Virus record (IMG/VR): IMGVR_UViG_3300007960_000187
Location: 1 to 24,223 of that record
From: a virus
Lineage: Duplodnaviria > Caudoviricetes
Reading direction: 5' to 3' (one strand)
DNA length: 24,223 nt
Part shown: positions 1 to 7,569 of the stretch, piece after piece
Numbering within the stretch: position 1 is the stretch's first letter
Layout: every line of letters starts with the position of its first letter
Translations under genes and position numbers: made by a program
The notes under the pieces: generated by a model
The model's input: the letters and a program-made list of their open reading frames with translations, nothing else
Databases searched by the model: none
Told to the model about the DNA's origin: nothing

Positions 1-276
1 GACCAAGAGCCGTACACTCGCTATAACTTGCGGCTTGGCAAGAAAAGCACCGCACCCTATGTTGATGATAGCGACCTCGTTGGCTTCATTAAGCTAGAAA
101 CATTTTTAAAAGGCGATGGCGAGCGCAAGAAAGCAATTTCAACAGGAGGCCGCGTTATTGTTTGTCACGCTAGCGCTGCAAACGTGAGTAAGAACCGCTA
201 CGGCATCGAACAAGAATTAGCTTTTGAAAAAAGCGTTAATCCATTCAAAAACTTTATTGCATCTTTAGGAGCATAG
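1..276 (+). CDS. 5'-truncated ATP-binding recombination protein (Sak4/AAA_24-like), C-terminal part
   Basis: Frame 1 is open from base 1 (DQEPYTRYNLRL...D-LVGF...KNRYG). This C-terminus resembles phage Sak4/AAA_24 ATPases, and the gene sits directly upstream of SSB and exonuclease genes. Confidence 0.6.
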   Translation, partial: DQEPYTRYNLRLGKKSTAPYVDDSDLVGFIKLETFLKGDGERKKAISTGGRVIVCHASAANVSKNRYGIEQELAFEKSVNPFKNFIASLGA

Positions 277-280
277 CACT

Positions 281-775
281 ATGTCATTTTGGAATTTATC
301 AGATAACAACCAACTATCTACCAGCGGCGAATTTGAAATTGCAAAAGCAATGGAACCAATACCAGCCAAAACACAGGCTCGCGCAATCATTGACGAGGCA
401 AAGTGGGACGAGTACAAAGGAGATAATTACATTTCTCTAAGCTGGTCGATTATTTACGGCGAGTACAAGAACCGCAAAGTTTTTCAGAAGCTAAAGGTAA
501 AGGAGTCAGACGATAAGAAGCGCGACAAAGCGCTAAGCATGTTAGCTGCAATTGACGCTAACGCTGGTGGTCGTCTAGTAGCGTCAGGGAAAGAGCCTAC
601 CGACATGGAATTGGCGCTGTGCCTATGCAACAAGCCTATGATTATCCGAATCGAAGTTTGGGAAATTGATGACAAGAAGGGTAACTGGATTAGCGCTGTT
701 GCTCCGGTGGTCAAGCGGTCGTCTACGCCAGCGCCTCAAGGTGCAAAGCCAGCAGATGATGACTTTTTTGTATAA
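281..775 (+). CDS. Phage single-stranded DNA-binding protein (DUF669-like)
   Basis: AGGAG RBS; 164 aa with P-IP-K, I-L-W-I--GEYKNRKVFQ and an acidic/aromatic tail (DDDFFV); lies between the ATPase and exonuclease genes. Confidence 0.7.
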   Translation: MSFWNLSDNNQLSTSGEFEIAKAMEPIPAKTQARAIIDEAKWDEYKGDNYISLSWSIIYGEYKNRKVFQKLKVKESDDKKRDKALSMLAAIDANAGGRLVASGKEPTDMELALCLCNKPMIIRIEVWEIDDKKGNWISAVAPVVKRSSTPAPQGAKPADDDFFV

Positions 776-784
776 CTAATTTGT

Positions 785-806
785 GGCGGCAGAAATGCCG
801 CCTTTT
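785..806 (+). terminator. Rho-independent terminator
   Basis: GGCGGCA-GAAA-TGCCGCC followed by TTTT, just after the SSB stop. Confidence 0.75.
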
Positions 807-826
807 AACTAGATAAGGGGTGAACC

Positions 827-1678
827 ATGGAACAACAACGCAGCAAAGAGTGGTTTGAAAAGCGAAAAGGTCGAGTTACTGGCTCGTCAGTTGGTGCAAT
901 ATTGGGGTTTGACCCATATCGCAATGAAAGTGACGTAATGCGCCAGATGGTGCGCGAATACCACGGCGCTGAGCGCGAATTCACTGGTAATGCTGCAACG
1001 CAGTGGGGTGTTGCAAACGAAAGTAACGCGCTGTTTGAGCTGTCTTGCGAAATCGGCGATATTAGAGAGACTGGATTCCACACATACGAGGACTGGCTTG
1101 GTGCTAGTCCAGATGGATTTTATGCAAATGGCGTTGTCGAAGTTAAATGTCCGTTTAGCCGTATGAATTGCGGTGAATTCAAGACGCTTGATGAACAACC
1201 GCACTATTACGCGCAAATGCAAATTGAAATGTTAGTAACTGGCACTGGCATCTGTGCGTTTTTTCAGTGGGCCCCGCACGCTAGCAAGCTAGAATACGTG
1301 CATTTTAATCAAGAGTGGATTGACGAAAACTTGCCTAAACTGCGCGATTTTTACGAGCGATTCTTGCTTGAGATCGACAATCCCGTTCACTTGATGGACA
1401 AAGTTACTGAGATTAACGCGCCTGATTTAGCTGAGGATTACAAGCTGGCAAAAATTGCTTATGACGAGGCTGAATCCAATTTAAAGTCGGCGAAAGAGGC
1501 GTTAATCAAAGCGGTTGGCGCAAGTAAAAAGGCTGTAATTGGTTCGTTGGCTGTATCGCTTGTGCAAAAAGAAGGCGCCATCAGCTATGCAAACGCGGTT
1601 AAAAAACTATGTCCAGATGCAGACTTAGAGCCGTTCCGTGGAAAGCCAAGCGAATATTGGATGATCCGCGATGTTTGA
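827..1678 (+). CDS. YqaJ / lambda-exonuclease-like recombination nuclease
   Basis: QRS-EW---R-GRVTGS, WG---E, GASPDG and EVKCP (PD-(D/E)xK), and YYAQMQ motifs. Confidence 0.9.
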   Translation: MEQQRSKEWFEKRKGRVTGSSVGAILGFDPYRNESDVMRQMVREYHGAEREFTGNAATQWGVANESNALFELSCEIGDIRETGFHTYEDWLGASPDGFYANGVVEVKCPFSRMNCGEFKTLDEQPHYYAQMQIEMLVTGTGICAFFQWAPHASKLEYVHFNQEWIDENLPKLRDFYERFLLEIDNPVHLMDKVTEINAPDLAEDYKLAKIAYDEAESNLKSAKEALIKAVGASKKAVIGSLAVSLVQKEGAISYANAVKKLCPDADLEPFRGKPSEYWMIRDV

Positions 1679-3536
1679 GTTGAGAGACTACCAAAGCCGC
1701 GCTGTTGACGCGGCTATTGGCCACATAAGCAAGTCCACTGATTCGTGTTTGCTTGAGTTAGCTACAGGTGCGGGAAAGTCTATCATTGTTGCAACGCTAG
1801 CCGAGTGGATTAACCGCAAAAGCGGAAAGAAAGTGCTTTGTCTTGCGCCAAGTAAGGAGCTGGTGGCGCAAAACAGGGAAAAATATCTAGCAACAGGAAA
1901 CCCGGCAAGCGCTTGGTGCGCGTCAGTTGGCGAAAAGTCAATGCTGCATGATGTTGTGTTCGGCTCGCCTCAGTCTGTTATCAATGATATTGCCAAGTTC
2001 GGGGATCAATACTGTGCTGTCATCGTCGACGAAGCACATGGAATAACGCCGACAATTAAGCAGATAGTCGATCACATAAAGTCCGCAAACAACCGTTGTC
2101 GAGTTATTGGATTAACCGCAACGCCGTACCGAATGGGTACGGGGTACATTTATCAAATAGGTCTTGATGATAAAGTCTTGCCAGAAGATCAAGCGATTGA
2201 CCCATATTTTAAAAAGCTTGTTTGCAGTGTTCAGGCGCATGAATTGATAGAAAAAGGCTACCTGACAAAACCAACGACCACGCCGACACCAACGCACTAC
2301 GAGGCGGCAGGTCTAAAACTAAATAAGATGGGCAAATTCAACGCCAAGGAAGTAGAACTTGTTTTCACTGGTCAACAGCGCGTTACCCATGAAATTGTTA
2401 ATCAAGTTGTTGAGCTTACCGCCGACAGGCTTGGGGTTATGTTTTTTGCGTCAACAATACAACATGCAAAAGAGATAATGCAAAGCCTTCCCGCTGGTAA
2501 TTCTGCGCTAGTGACAGGTCAGCTTAAAAAGACTGAGCGCGAATCGCTAATCAAAGCGTTTAAAGCTAAATCAATCAAATACATTGTTAACGTTGACGTA
2601 CTTACCACTGGCTTTGATGCGCCACACGTTGACGCAATAGCGATATTGAGAGCTACGGAGTCTGCCAGCCTACTACAGCAGATTGTTGGGCGCGGGTTGC
2701 GATTGAGTGAACATAAACACGATTGCTTAGTGATGGATTTTGCGGAAAACATCGAGCGCCATGGGCTTGAGAATGATTTGTTTAGGCCGACAATCACGAC
2801 TGCGAAATCCGGCGGTGAATCCGTTAAGTTGGAGTGTCGGTGTCCACTTTGCGGTGGCTCAAACGAATTCACTAAGCGCAACTCGAAAGAGTACGCTGAC
2901 CTACCAAACGACCAATACGGTTATATCGTAGATTTAGCGGGTAATCCGATAACGCTAGACGATGGCAAAACGCAGATACCAGCACATTACGGGCGAAGAT
3001 GCGAGAACACGGAGCTAATCAACGGCGTGTTTGAGCGATGCAATTACAGATGGTCGTTTAAAGAGTGTCCAAGTTGTAATGCAGAAAATGACATCGCAGC
3101 TCGTTATTGCGTTAGTTGTAAGCACGAACTCATTGACCCAAACGAGAAACTTAGGCTTGATTTTAAGCGGATAAAAGAAGATCCATATTCGCTATCAACC
3201 GACAAGATTATCTCTTGGCGTCCGCAGCTTTGGGTCAGTCAAGCAGGCAATACTACGTTAAAAGTAACCTACACGACTGACTACAATACGTTCGACACTT
3301 GGTATCACTGCGACACACGAGACCCGCGCAAAGTGGCGCTTTGGAATGATTTGTGTATTGCTGTGTTTGGCCGAGTTGCCCCTAGCGTTGAGTCATTTGT
3401 AAAAACATACGCGAGCGGGAAAGGAAATCAGCCGGAAACAATCACGGTTAAGCGTGACACTGGCAGCAAGTTTTACACAGTTTATGGACATAACAGACCG
3501 GAGACCACTTTAGATGAAATTACCAGAAAACATTAA
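1671..3536 (+). CDS. Superfamily 2 DEAH-box helicase with C-terminal Zn-ribbon motifs (RadD/YejH-like)
   Basis: Walker A ATGAGKS, DEAH, TAT, TTGFD and QIVGRGLR; CPLC, CPSC and CVSC cysteine pairs. Confidence 0.92.
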   Translation: MFELRDYQSRAVDAAIGHISKSTDSCLLELATGAGKSIIVATLAEWINRKSGKKVLCLAPSKELVAQNREKYLATGNPASAWCASVGEKSMLHDVVFGSPQSVINDIAKFGDQYCAVIVDEAHGITPTIKQIVDHIKSANNRCRVIGLTATPYRMGTGYIYQIGLDDKVLPEDQAIDPYFKKLVCSVQAHELIEKGYLTKPTTTPTPTHYEAAGLKLNKMGKFNAKEVELVFTGQQRVTHEIVNQVVELTADRLGVMFFASTIQHAKEIMQSLPAGNSALVTGQLKKTERESLIKAFKAKSIKYIVNVDVLTTGFDAPHVDAIAILRATESASLLQQIVGRGLRLSEHKHDCLVMDFAENIERHGLENDLFRPTITTAKSGGESVKLECRCPLCGGSNEFTKRNSKEYADLPNDQYGYIVDLAGNPITLDDGKTQIPAHYGRRCENTELINGVFERCNYRWSFKECPSCNAENDIAARYCVSCKHELIDPNEKLRLDFKRIKEDPYSLSTDKIISWRPQLWVSQAGNTTLKVTYTTDYNTFDTWYHCDTRDPRKVALWNDLCIAVFGRVAPSVESFVKTYASGKGNQPETITVKRDTGSKFYTVYGHNRPETTLDEITRKH

Positions 3537-3921
3537 GATTTATGGCGACTTGACGCATCGCGACAAAAAGTGTCCGAAAGAAAGCGCTGAGCAGATAACT
3601 TTTTTTAACGAGTTGAGGAAAAAATATCCGCATGTTGCAAAGTGCGCCGCCCACATGCGCAACGAGGGCAAGCGCACCATCCATCAGGCCTCAAAAGAAA
3701 AGGCCGAAGGCATGAACGCAGGATTTGCAGACATAGTGATTGCAGGTTGCCCAACGCTATTAATTGAGCTGAAACGCCGCGACCATACGCTAAGCACAAT
3801 AGGCAACGAGCAGCTCGAACACCTTCTCGCAGCGCAAAGCATTGGCGCTAAAGTGTGTGTGGCTCTCGGATGGGAAGCCGCAATGCGAGCGGTTGAGGAG
3901 TGGCTGAGTGCTGCCAGATAA
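3514..3921 (+). CDS. VRR-NUC domain nuclease
   Basis: E--EQ, H--NEG, G---G-AD, IELK and Q---L motifs; overlaps the helicase 3' end. Confidence 0.8.
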   Translation: MKLPENIKIYGDLTHRDKKCPKESAEQITFFNELRKKYPHVAKCAAHMRNEGKRTIHQASKEKAEGMNAGFADIVIAGCPTLLIELKRRDHTLSTIGNEQLEHLLAAQSIGAKVCVALGWEAAMRAVEEWLSAAR

Positions 3922-4135
3922 TCACCACGAACATGACAGGCAGTTTATAAAAGATACGCTAAGCCTGTTGCCGCTAGACAAGCGATTGGTTGCGGTCAGT
4001 GGATATAGCAGGCTTTACGATAAGACCATTAACGACCAATCCCTACCACCGCACCGCCGCGAAAATGCAGCGCGGTACGAGTGCAATACGCGACTGAGAG
4101 CCTATGTAAAAGCTTGCACTGCTCTGACCAGTTAA
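3908..4135 (+). CDS. Hypothetical phage protein
   Basis: 75-aa ORF with a GTG start after a GAGGAG RBS; overlaps the previous gene. Confidence 0.65.
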   Translation: MLPDNHHEHDRQFIKDTLSLLPLDKRLVAVSGYSRLYDKTINDQSLPPHRRENAARYECNTRLRAYVKACTALTS

Positions 4136-4191
4136 AAACAAGTTGACGGTTAAACTTAAATAGCTAAACTTAAACCGTCAACAAATAGGAG
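4130..4191 (+). repeat. 62-bp direct repeat, copy 1 (promoter + RBS element)
   Basis: AGTTAAAAACAAGTTGACGGTTAAACTTAAATAGCTAAACTTAAACCGTCAACAAATAGGAG, identical to 4840-4901. Confidence 0.95.
4143..4170 (+). promoter_or_regulatory. sigma70-like promoter inside repeat copy 1
   Basis: TTGACG-16 bp-TAAACT with an A-rich upstream tract; 10-bp inverted arms GTTGACGGTT/AACCGTCAAC. Confidence 0.6.
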
Positions 4192-4199
4192 CAATTAAA

Positions 4200-4826
4200 A
4201 TGAAATACAAATTTAACTTCAACACAAAAGTAGTAAATGGAGTAACGCTTCATCAAATTGAGTGTGTTACCTCGTTTTCTGACGTAAAAGATGGCGATGT
4301 TGGTGGGTGGATAGAGAAAGAATCAAACTTATCGCAGTACGGCAATGCTTGGATTTACGGCAATGCTCGTGTTTACGGCAATGCTTGTGTTTCCGACGAT
4401 GCTCGTGTTTCCGACGATGCTCGTGTTTTCGACGATGCTCGTGTTTCCGGCAATGCTTGGATTTACGGCGATGCTCGTGTTTTCGACGATGCTCGTGTTT
4501 CCGGCAATGCTTGGATTTACGGCGATGCTTGGATTTACGGCAATGCTCGTGTTTCCGACGATGCTCGTGTTTACGGCAATGCTCGTGTTTTTATTGGCTT
4601 ATGGCGGTCAGATGACATCATTGAGCTACAAATAAAAGGGTCAATGCACGAAGTAAACTCACCAGATGGTCGGCTGATCAGAATAGGTTGTCAAGAACAC
4701 TCGCCTAAGCACTGGCTGTCTCATTTTGAGGTTATTGGAAAAAAAAACGGTTACTCTTGCGAGCAAATAAAAGAATACAAAATGTATATCGATCTGTTTT
4801 GTCAAATTCTTCCCGAGTCGAATTGA
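4200..4826 (+). CDS. Hexapeptide-repeat (left-handed beta-helix-like) phage protein
   Basis: N-terminal GDVGGWIEKESNLSQ followed by 14 [YSF][GD][ND]A[RWC][VI] repeats; C-terminal IGCQ-H----W motif. Confidence 0.8.
   Translation: MKYKFNFNTKVVNGVTLHQIECVTSFSDVKDGDVGGWIEKESNLSQYGNAWIYGNARVYGNACVSDDARVSDDARVFDDARVSGNAWIYGDARVFDDARVSGNAWIYGDAWIYGNARVSDDARVYGNARVFIGLWRSDDIIELQIKGSMHEVNSPDGRLIRIGCQEHSPKHWLSHFEVIGKKNGYSCEQIKEYKMYIDLFCQILPESN
4338..4589 (+). repeat. Tandem array of 14 x 18-bp units
   Basis: Consensus T(A/C/T)C G(G/A)C (A/G)AT GCT (CGT/TGG/TGT) (G/A)TT, read directly. Confidence 0.95.
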
Positions 4827-4839
4827 AATCACAAGAAAT

Positions 4840-4901
4840 AGTTAAAAACAAGTTGACGGTTAAACTTAAATAGCTAAACTTAAACCGTCAACAAATAGGA
4901 G
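4840..4901 (+). repeat. 62-bp direct repeat, copy 2 (promoter + RBS element)
   Basis: Identical to 4130-4191; supplies the promoter and RBS for the ORF at 4909. Confidence 0.95.
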
Positions 4902-4908
4902 TAACAAC

Positions 4909-5136
4909 ATGAACGCAGAATTAATCGCAAAAGCCGCGCTGCTAACCGCGCAGTACAACGAAACAATACCGGACAAACTGGTATTTGCAACGCTGACAGT
5001 CAGCCCGATTGTTCAGTTTTTTATCTTGAGCCGTAGCCGTTTTGCTAGTGAATTTAGCTGCAAAATCAGCGACACCGAGCAGTTGCAATCATTGTGCAAT
5101 CACATTCAGGAGCTAATAAAATGCGCCGCACACTAA
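4909..5136 (+). CDS. Hypothetical protein
   Basis: 75 aa; ATG 7 nt after TAGGAG. Confidence 0.7.
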   Translation: MNAELIAKAALLTAQYNETIPDKLVFATLTVSPIVQFFILSRSRFASEFSCKISDTEQLQSLCNHIQELIKCAAH

Positions 5137-5204
5137 CAATAGCAGCGTTTTACGCCGCGAGTTTTGGATTTTTTGTTTGGGTGTTGTTGGAGTTTAGCAA
5201 ATGA
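5121..5204 (+). CDS. Small membrane peptide (27 aa), not in the ORF track
   Basis: CAGGAG RBS at 5107-5112; MRRTLTIAAFYAASFGFFVWVLLEFSK*; stop overlaps the next start (ATGA). Confidence 0.6.
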   Translation: MRRTLTIAAFYAASFGFFVWVLLEFSK

Positions 5205-5698
5205 GTACAGAGCATAAAAGCTATACGGATAAAGCGAACAAGGATAGCTGGGCAACGCCTCAGTATATTTTTGATTATTTTAATAAGATTTTCAACTTTG
5301 ATTTTGATGTTGCTGCAAGTGCAGATAATGCCAAGTGCGAGGACTTTTATACAATTGAAGATAATGCGCTTATAAAAGTGTGGGGCGACGTAAATTGGTG
5401 TAATCCGCCATACAGTAACATCAAGCCATGGGTTGAAAAAGCAATATTTGAAAGGATGCGAAACAATAAGACAGTGATGCTGCTGCCGTCTGATACTAGC
5501 GTTGAATGGTTTAGATTAGCGTTTGACAATTGTAGTGAGTGCATATTTATAAGCGGCAGACTGTCATTTATTAATGCCGCAACCGGAAAGCAGGTAAGTG
5601 GAAACAATAAAGGTTCTGTTGTTTTTGTTTTCGGCGATCCAGTATTGCAAAAGGTAAAGCTTATAAAAAGAGATTCACTCTATGGCGGTAAAAAATGA
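5201..5698 (+). CDS. Phage DNA N6-adenine methyltransferase (phage Dam family)
   Basis: D-WATP, F-FDVAAS--NAKC, catalytic WCNPPYS, VMLLP and GRLSF motifs typical of T1/HP1-type phage Dam. Confidence 0.9.
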   Translation: MSTEHKSYTDKANKDSWATPQYIFDYFNKIFNFDFDVAASADNAKCEDFYTIEDNALIKVWGDVNWCNPPYSNIKPWVEKAIFERMRNNKTVMLLPSDTSVEWFRLAFDNCSECIFISGRLSFINAATGKQVSGNNKGSVVFVFGDPVLQKVKLIKRDSLYGGKK

Positions 5699-5886
5699 AC
5701 ATCTTAATCAAAAACGGAACCGAGCTAACGCCGTTTGACTTTATTCGCACGGCTTGGCAAGCGTACAAACACCATCGGAAAATGAAAAATTGCAGTATTC
5801 ATACTTACGACAAGACGAAAACCAATACCAGCGGACATGTAACTGTGCGAGTAAGAAAGCAGGTTACGGCGGAACTAAAGCCATGA
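5695..5886 (+). CDS. Hypothetical protein
   Basis: 63 aa, coupled by ATGA overlaps at both ends. Confidence 0.6.
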   Translation: MNILIKNGTELTPFDFIRTAWQAYKHHRKMKNCSIHTYDKTKTNTSGHVTVRVRKQVTAELKP

Positions 5887-6137
5887 ACATGATTAAAGAG
5901 TCAATTTTTTGGCTGTTAATTGTTGTCGTGATATTTGCCGCATTTTCAACAAGCGAACATCATGAGCAAGTCGAGCAGCTACCAACCGAGGCGCTGCCAA
6001 GCGTTGGGCTGTGCAAGCAAGCTGCACGAGTAATGAATCACACGAAAGGCCACAGCCGCGACACTATTCGCCGCGCCGAGGCGCTAGTTAACAAATGCAA
6101 GGAGTTGGGTAATGAAAAGGGCAATATTTCTTTTTGA
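5883..6137 (+). CDS. Hypothetical protein with N-terminal transmembrane/signal segment
   Basis: Likely start is ATG 5883 (ATGA overlap); MNMIKESIFWLLIVVVIFAAF hydrophobic stretch. Confidence 0.6.
   Translation: MNMIKESIFWLLIVVVIFAAFSTSEHHEQVEQLPTEALPSVGLCKQAARVMNHTKGHSRDTIRRAEALVNKCKELGNEKGNISF
6089..6108 (+). repeat. 20-bp direct repeat, copy 1 (contains RBS)
   Basis: TAACAAATGCAAGGAGTTGG, identical to 6810-6829. Confidence 0.9.
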
Positions 6138-6846
6138 CAAGACTGGCATTATGGCTAAGCCATGGGCTGATGCAGGCTATCTTTGCTACTGCTTTGACGG
6201 TCAGCACGAACCTGGCGTGTCGCTATCTGAGCGCGAAAATATTTTAAACGTTGGCATGTGGTTTAGTAATGATGTGACTGGCGATTTAAGCGGTTTAGAT
6301 ATTGACAAGATTTTATCAATAACTGGACGAGATATTTCTTTTGTGTTCGGTTTTCCTGAGTGTACCGATTTAGCAGTGTCAGGGGCTGCGCATTTTGAAG
6401 CAAAACGAAAAAATAATCCGTTCTTTCAAGATGAGGCTATGGTTTTAGTCAAGCTTGTTGAATCGCTAGGCGTTGAGCTTGGCTGTCCTTGGGGGTTGGA
6501 AAATCCTGTCAGTGTAATCAGCTCATTATGGCGCAAGCCTGATTTCTGCTTTCACCCATACGAGTTCGGCGGGTATTTGCCAGGCGATGATGCGCATCCA
6601 CTGTACCCTGGCTATATAAAGTCACGCGATGCCTACCCAAAAAAGACCTGCATATGGTGTGGCAATGGATTTAAAGAGCCAAATAAAAAACCAGTACATT
6701 GCGCTCCAGGATACTCCGAACAACACAAAAAACTTGGCGGCAAGTCACTTAAAACAAAAAACATCAGAAGCGCAACGCCTAGAGGATTCGCAATTGCTGT
6801 TTTCGAAGCTAACAAATGCAAGGAGTTGGACAATGCAAGCAATTAA
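6112..6846 (+). CDS. Phage DNA cytosine-5 methyltransferase-like protein
   Basis: Motif I-like FLFDKTG, motif IV FPECT, motif VI LENPV and C-terminal RSATPRGFA; AGGAG RBS. Confidence 0.75.
   Translation: MKRAIFLFDKTGIMAKPWADAGYLCYCFDGQHEPGVSLSERENILNVGMWFSNDVTGDLSGLDIDKILSITGRDISFVFGFPECTDLAVSGAAHFEAKRKNNPFFQDEAMVLVKLVESLGVELGCPWGLENPVSVISSLWRKPDFCFHPYEFGGYLPGDDAHPLYPGYIKSRDAYPKKTCIWCGNGFKEPNKKPVHCAPGYSEQHKKLGGKSLKTKNIRSATPRGFAIAVFEANKCKELDNASN
6810..6829 (+). repeat. 20-bp direct repeat, copy 2 (contains RBS)
   Basis: TAACAAATGCAAGGAGTTGG; serves as the RBS for ATG 6833. Confidence 0.9.
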
Positions 6847-7090
6847 TTTGAGCGTGATTAAAAGCGCCGAGTTTGGCGTAGTAAAAGCCGAATTTGAAAC
6901 AAAAACGTTGGTAAGAACGGCGATTAACTCAACGCCAAAAGCTGGCGATAAAGTAACGCTAATGATGCGCGAGAAGCAAGCTGCGAACTTTCAAACCATG
7001 CTAAGTAAGCGCGCAAAGGGAAAGTTTACATGCGCCACAAAACGCATTGGCGATAGCAATGTTGACGTTACTGTCACGAGGGTTGAGTAA
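6833..7090 (+). CDS. Hypothetical protein
   Basis: Real start is probably ATG 6833 (MQAINLSV) after AAGGAG; TAATG coupling to the next gene. Confidence 0.65.
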   Translation: MQAINLSVIKSAEFGVVKAEFETKTLVRTAINSTPKAGDKVTLMMREKQAANFQTMLSKRAKGKFTCATKRIGDSNVDVTVTRVE

Positions 7091-7443
7091 TGAAGCTTGA
7101 CAAGCAAACAACAACGTTTTTAATACAAAATAGCCATGTATCAATCGCGGTACTGTCAAAGCTATCAGGCGTTAGCCGCCAGCGAGTCGCAACTGCATTG
7201 CGCAAGGCATTTGGTAGCAGATACAAGCCGACAGACTACGCTGGCAAAGGCTCGCCAGACAATCCGCTTGGCAACTTTGCAGAAGTCGCCAAAAGCGCCA
7301 TAAGCCGCATTGGTATTGAGCAAGCAGCTAAAATCTGCGGCCTATCTGAGATTACTATAAAGCGGTTTTATCGCTGGAACTCCAATCCAAGCGCCAGAAC
7401 TATTGCAAAACTTGACAAATTAAAGACAATTTCTGATACTTAA
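7090..7443 (+). CDS. HTH DNA-binding protein (two predicted HTH motifs)
   Basis: IAVLSKLSGVSRQRVATAL and IEQAAKICGLSEITIKRF...PSARTI resemble Cro/Xre-type HTHs. Confidence 0.6.
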   Translation: MKLDKQTTTFLIQNSHVSIAVLSKLSGVSRQRVATALRKAFGSRYKPTDYAGKGSPDNPLGNFAEVAKSAISRIGIEQAAKICGLSEITIKRFYRWNSNPSARTIAKLDKLKTISDT

Positions 7444-7476
7444 ATCGTATTTCATGATCTCCTTGTTGTTACTTCT

Positions 7477-7502
7477 AGCCTCGCTCTGCGGGGCTTTTTT
7501 TT
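7477..7502 (+). terminator. Rho-independent terminator
   Basis: AGCCTCGC-TCT-GCGGGGCT followed by a T run. Confidence 0.8.
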
Positions 7503-7513
7503 GCGTTTACCTG

Positions 7514-7541
7514 TTGATTTAAGTTTAGTTGATGCTAGTAT
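7514..7541 (+). promoter_or_regulatory. Putative sigma70 promoter with TTTAAGTTTA motif
   Basis: TTGATT-16 bp-TAGTAT with TG at the extended -10 position; AAGGAG RBS downstream. Confidence 0.5.
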
Positions 7542-7569
7542 TGAATTAACCAAAACAAGGAGCAACAAA

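Noticed and set aside
4338-4589. CRISPR array or DGR template/variable repeat (several variable sites involve A)
   Set aside because: The units are contiguous with no spacers, no cas or reverse transcriptase gene is in the window, and the TGG/CGT/TGT variation is not adenine-specific.
4307-4635. Cys/Arg-rich (4307-4615) and hydrophobic MLVF-repeat (4345-4635) ORFs
   Set aside because: Alternative-frame shadows of the stop-free 18-bp array; no convincing RBS.
4130-4901. IS/transposon or attL/attR of an integrated element
   Set aside because: No transposase or integrase is present; the repeat is a promoter-RBS element.
5754-7569. Long upstream starts given by the ORF track (5754, 6629, 7501)
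   Set aside because: They overlap other genes or the terminator; RBS and coupling support 5883, 6833 and 7570 instead.
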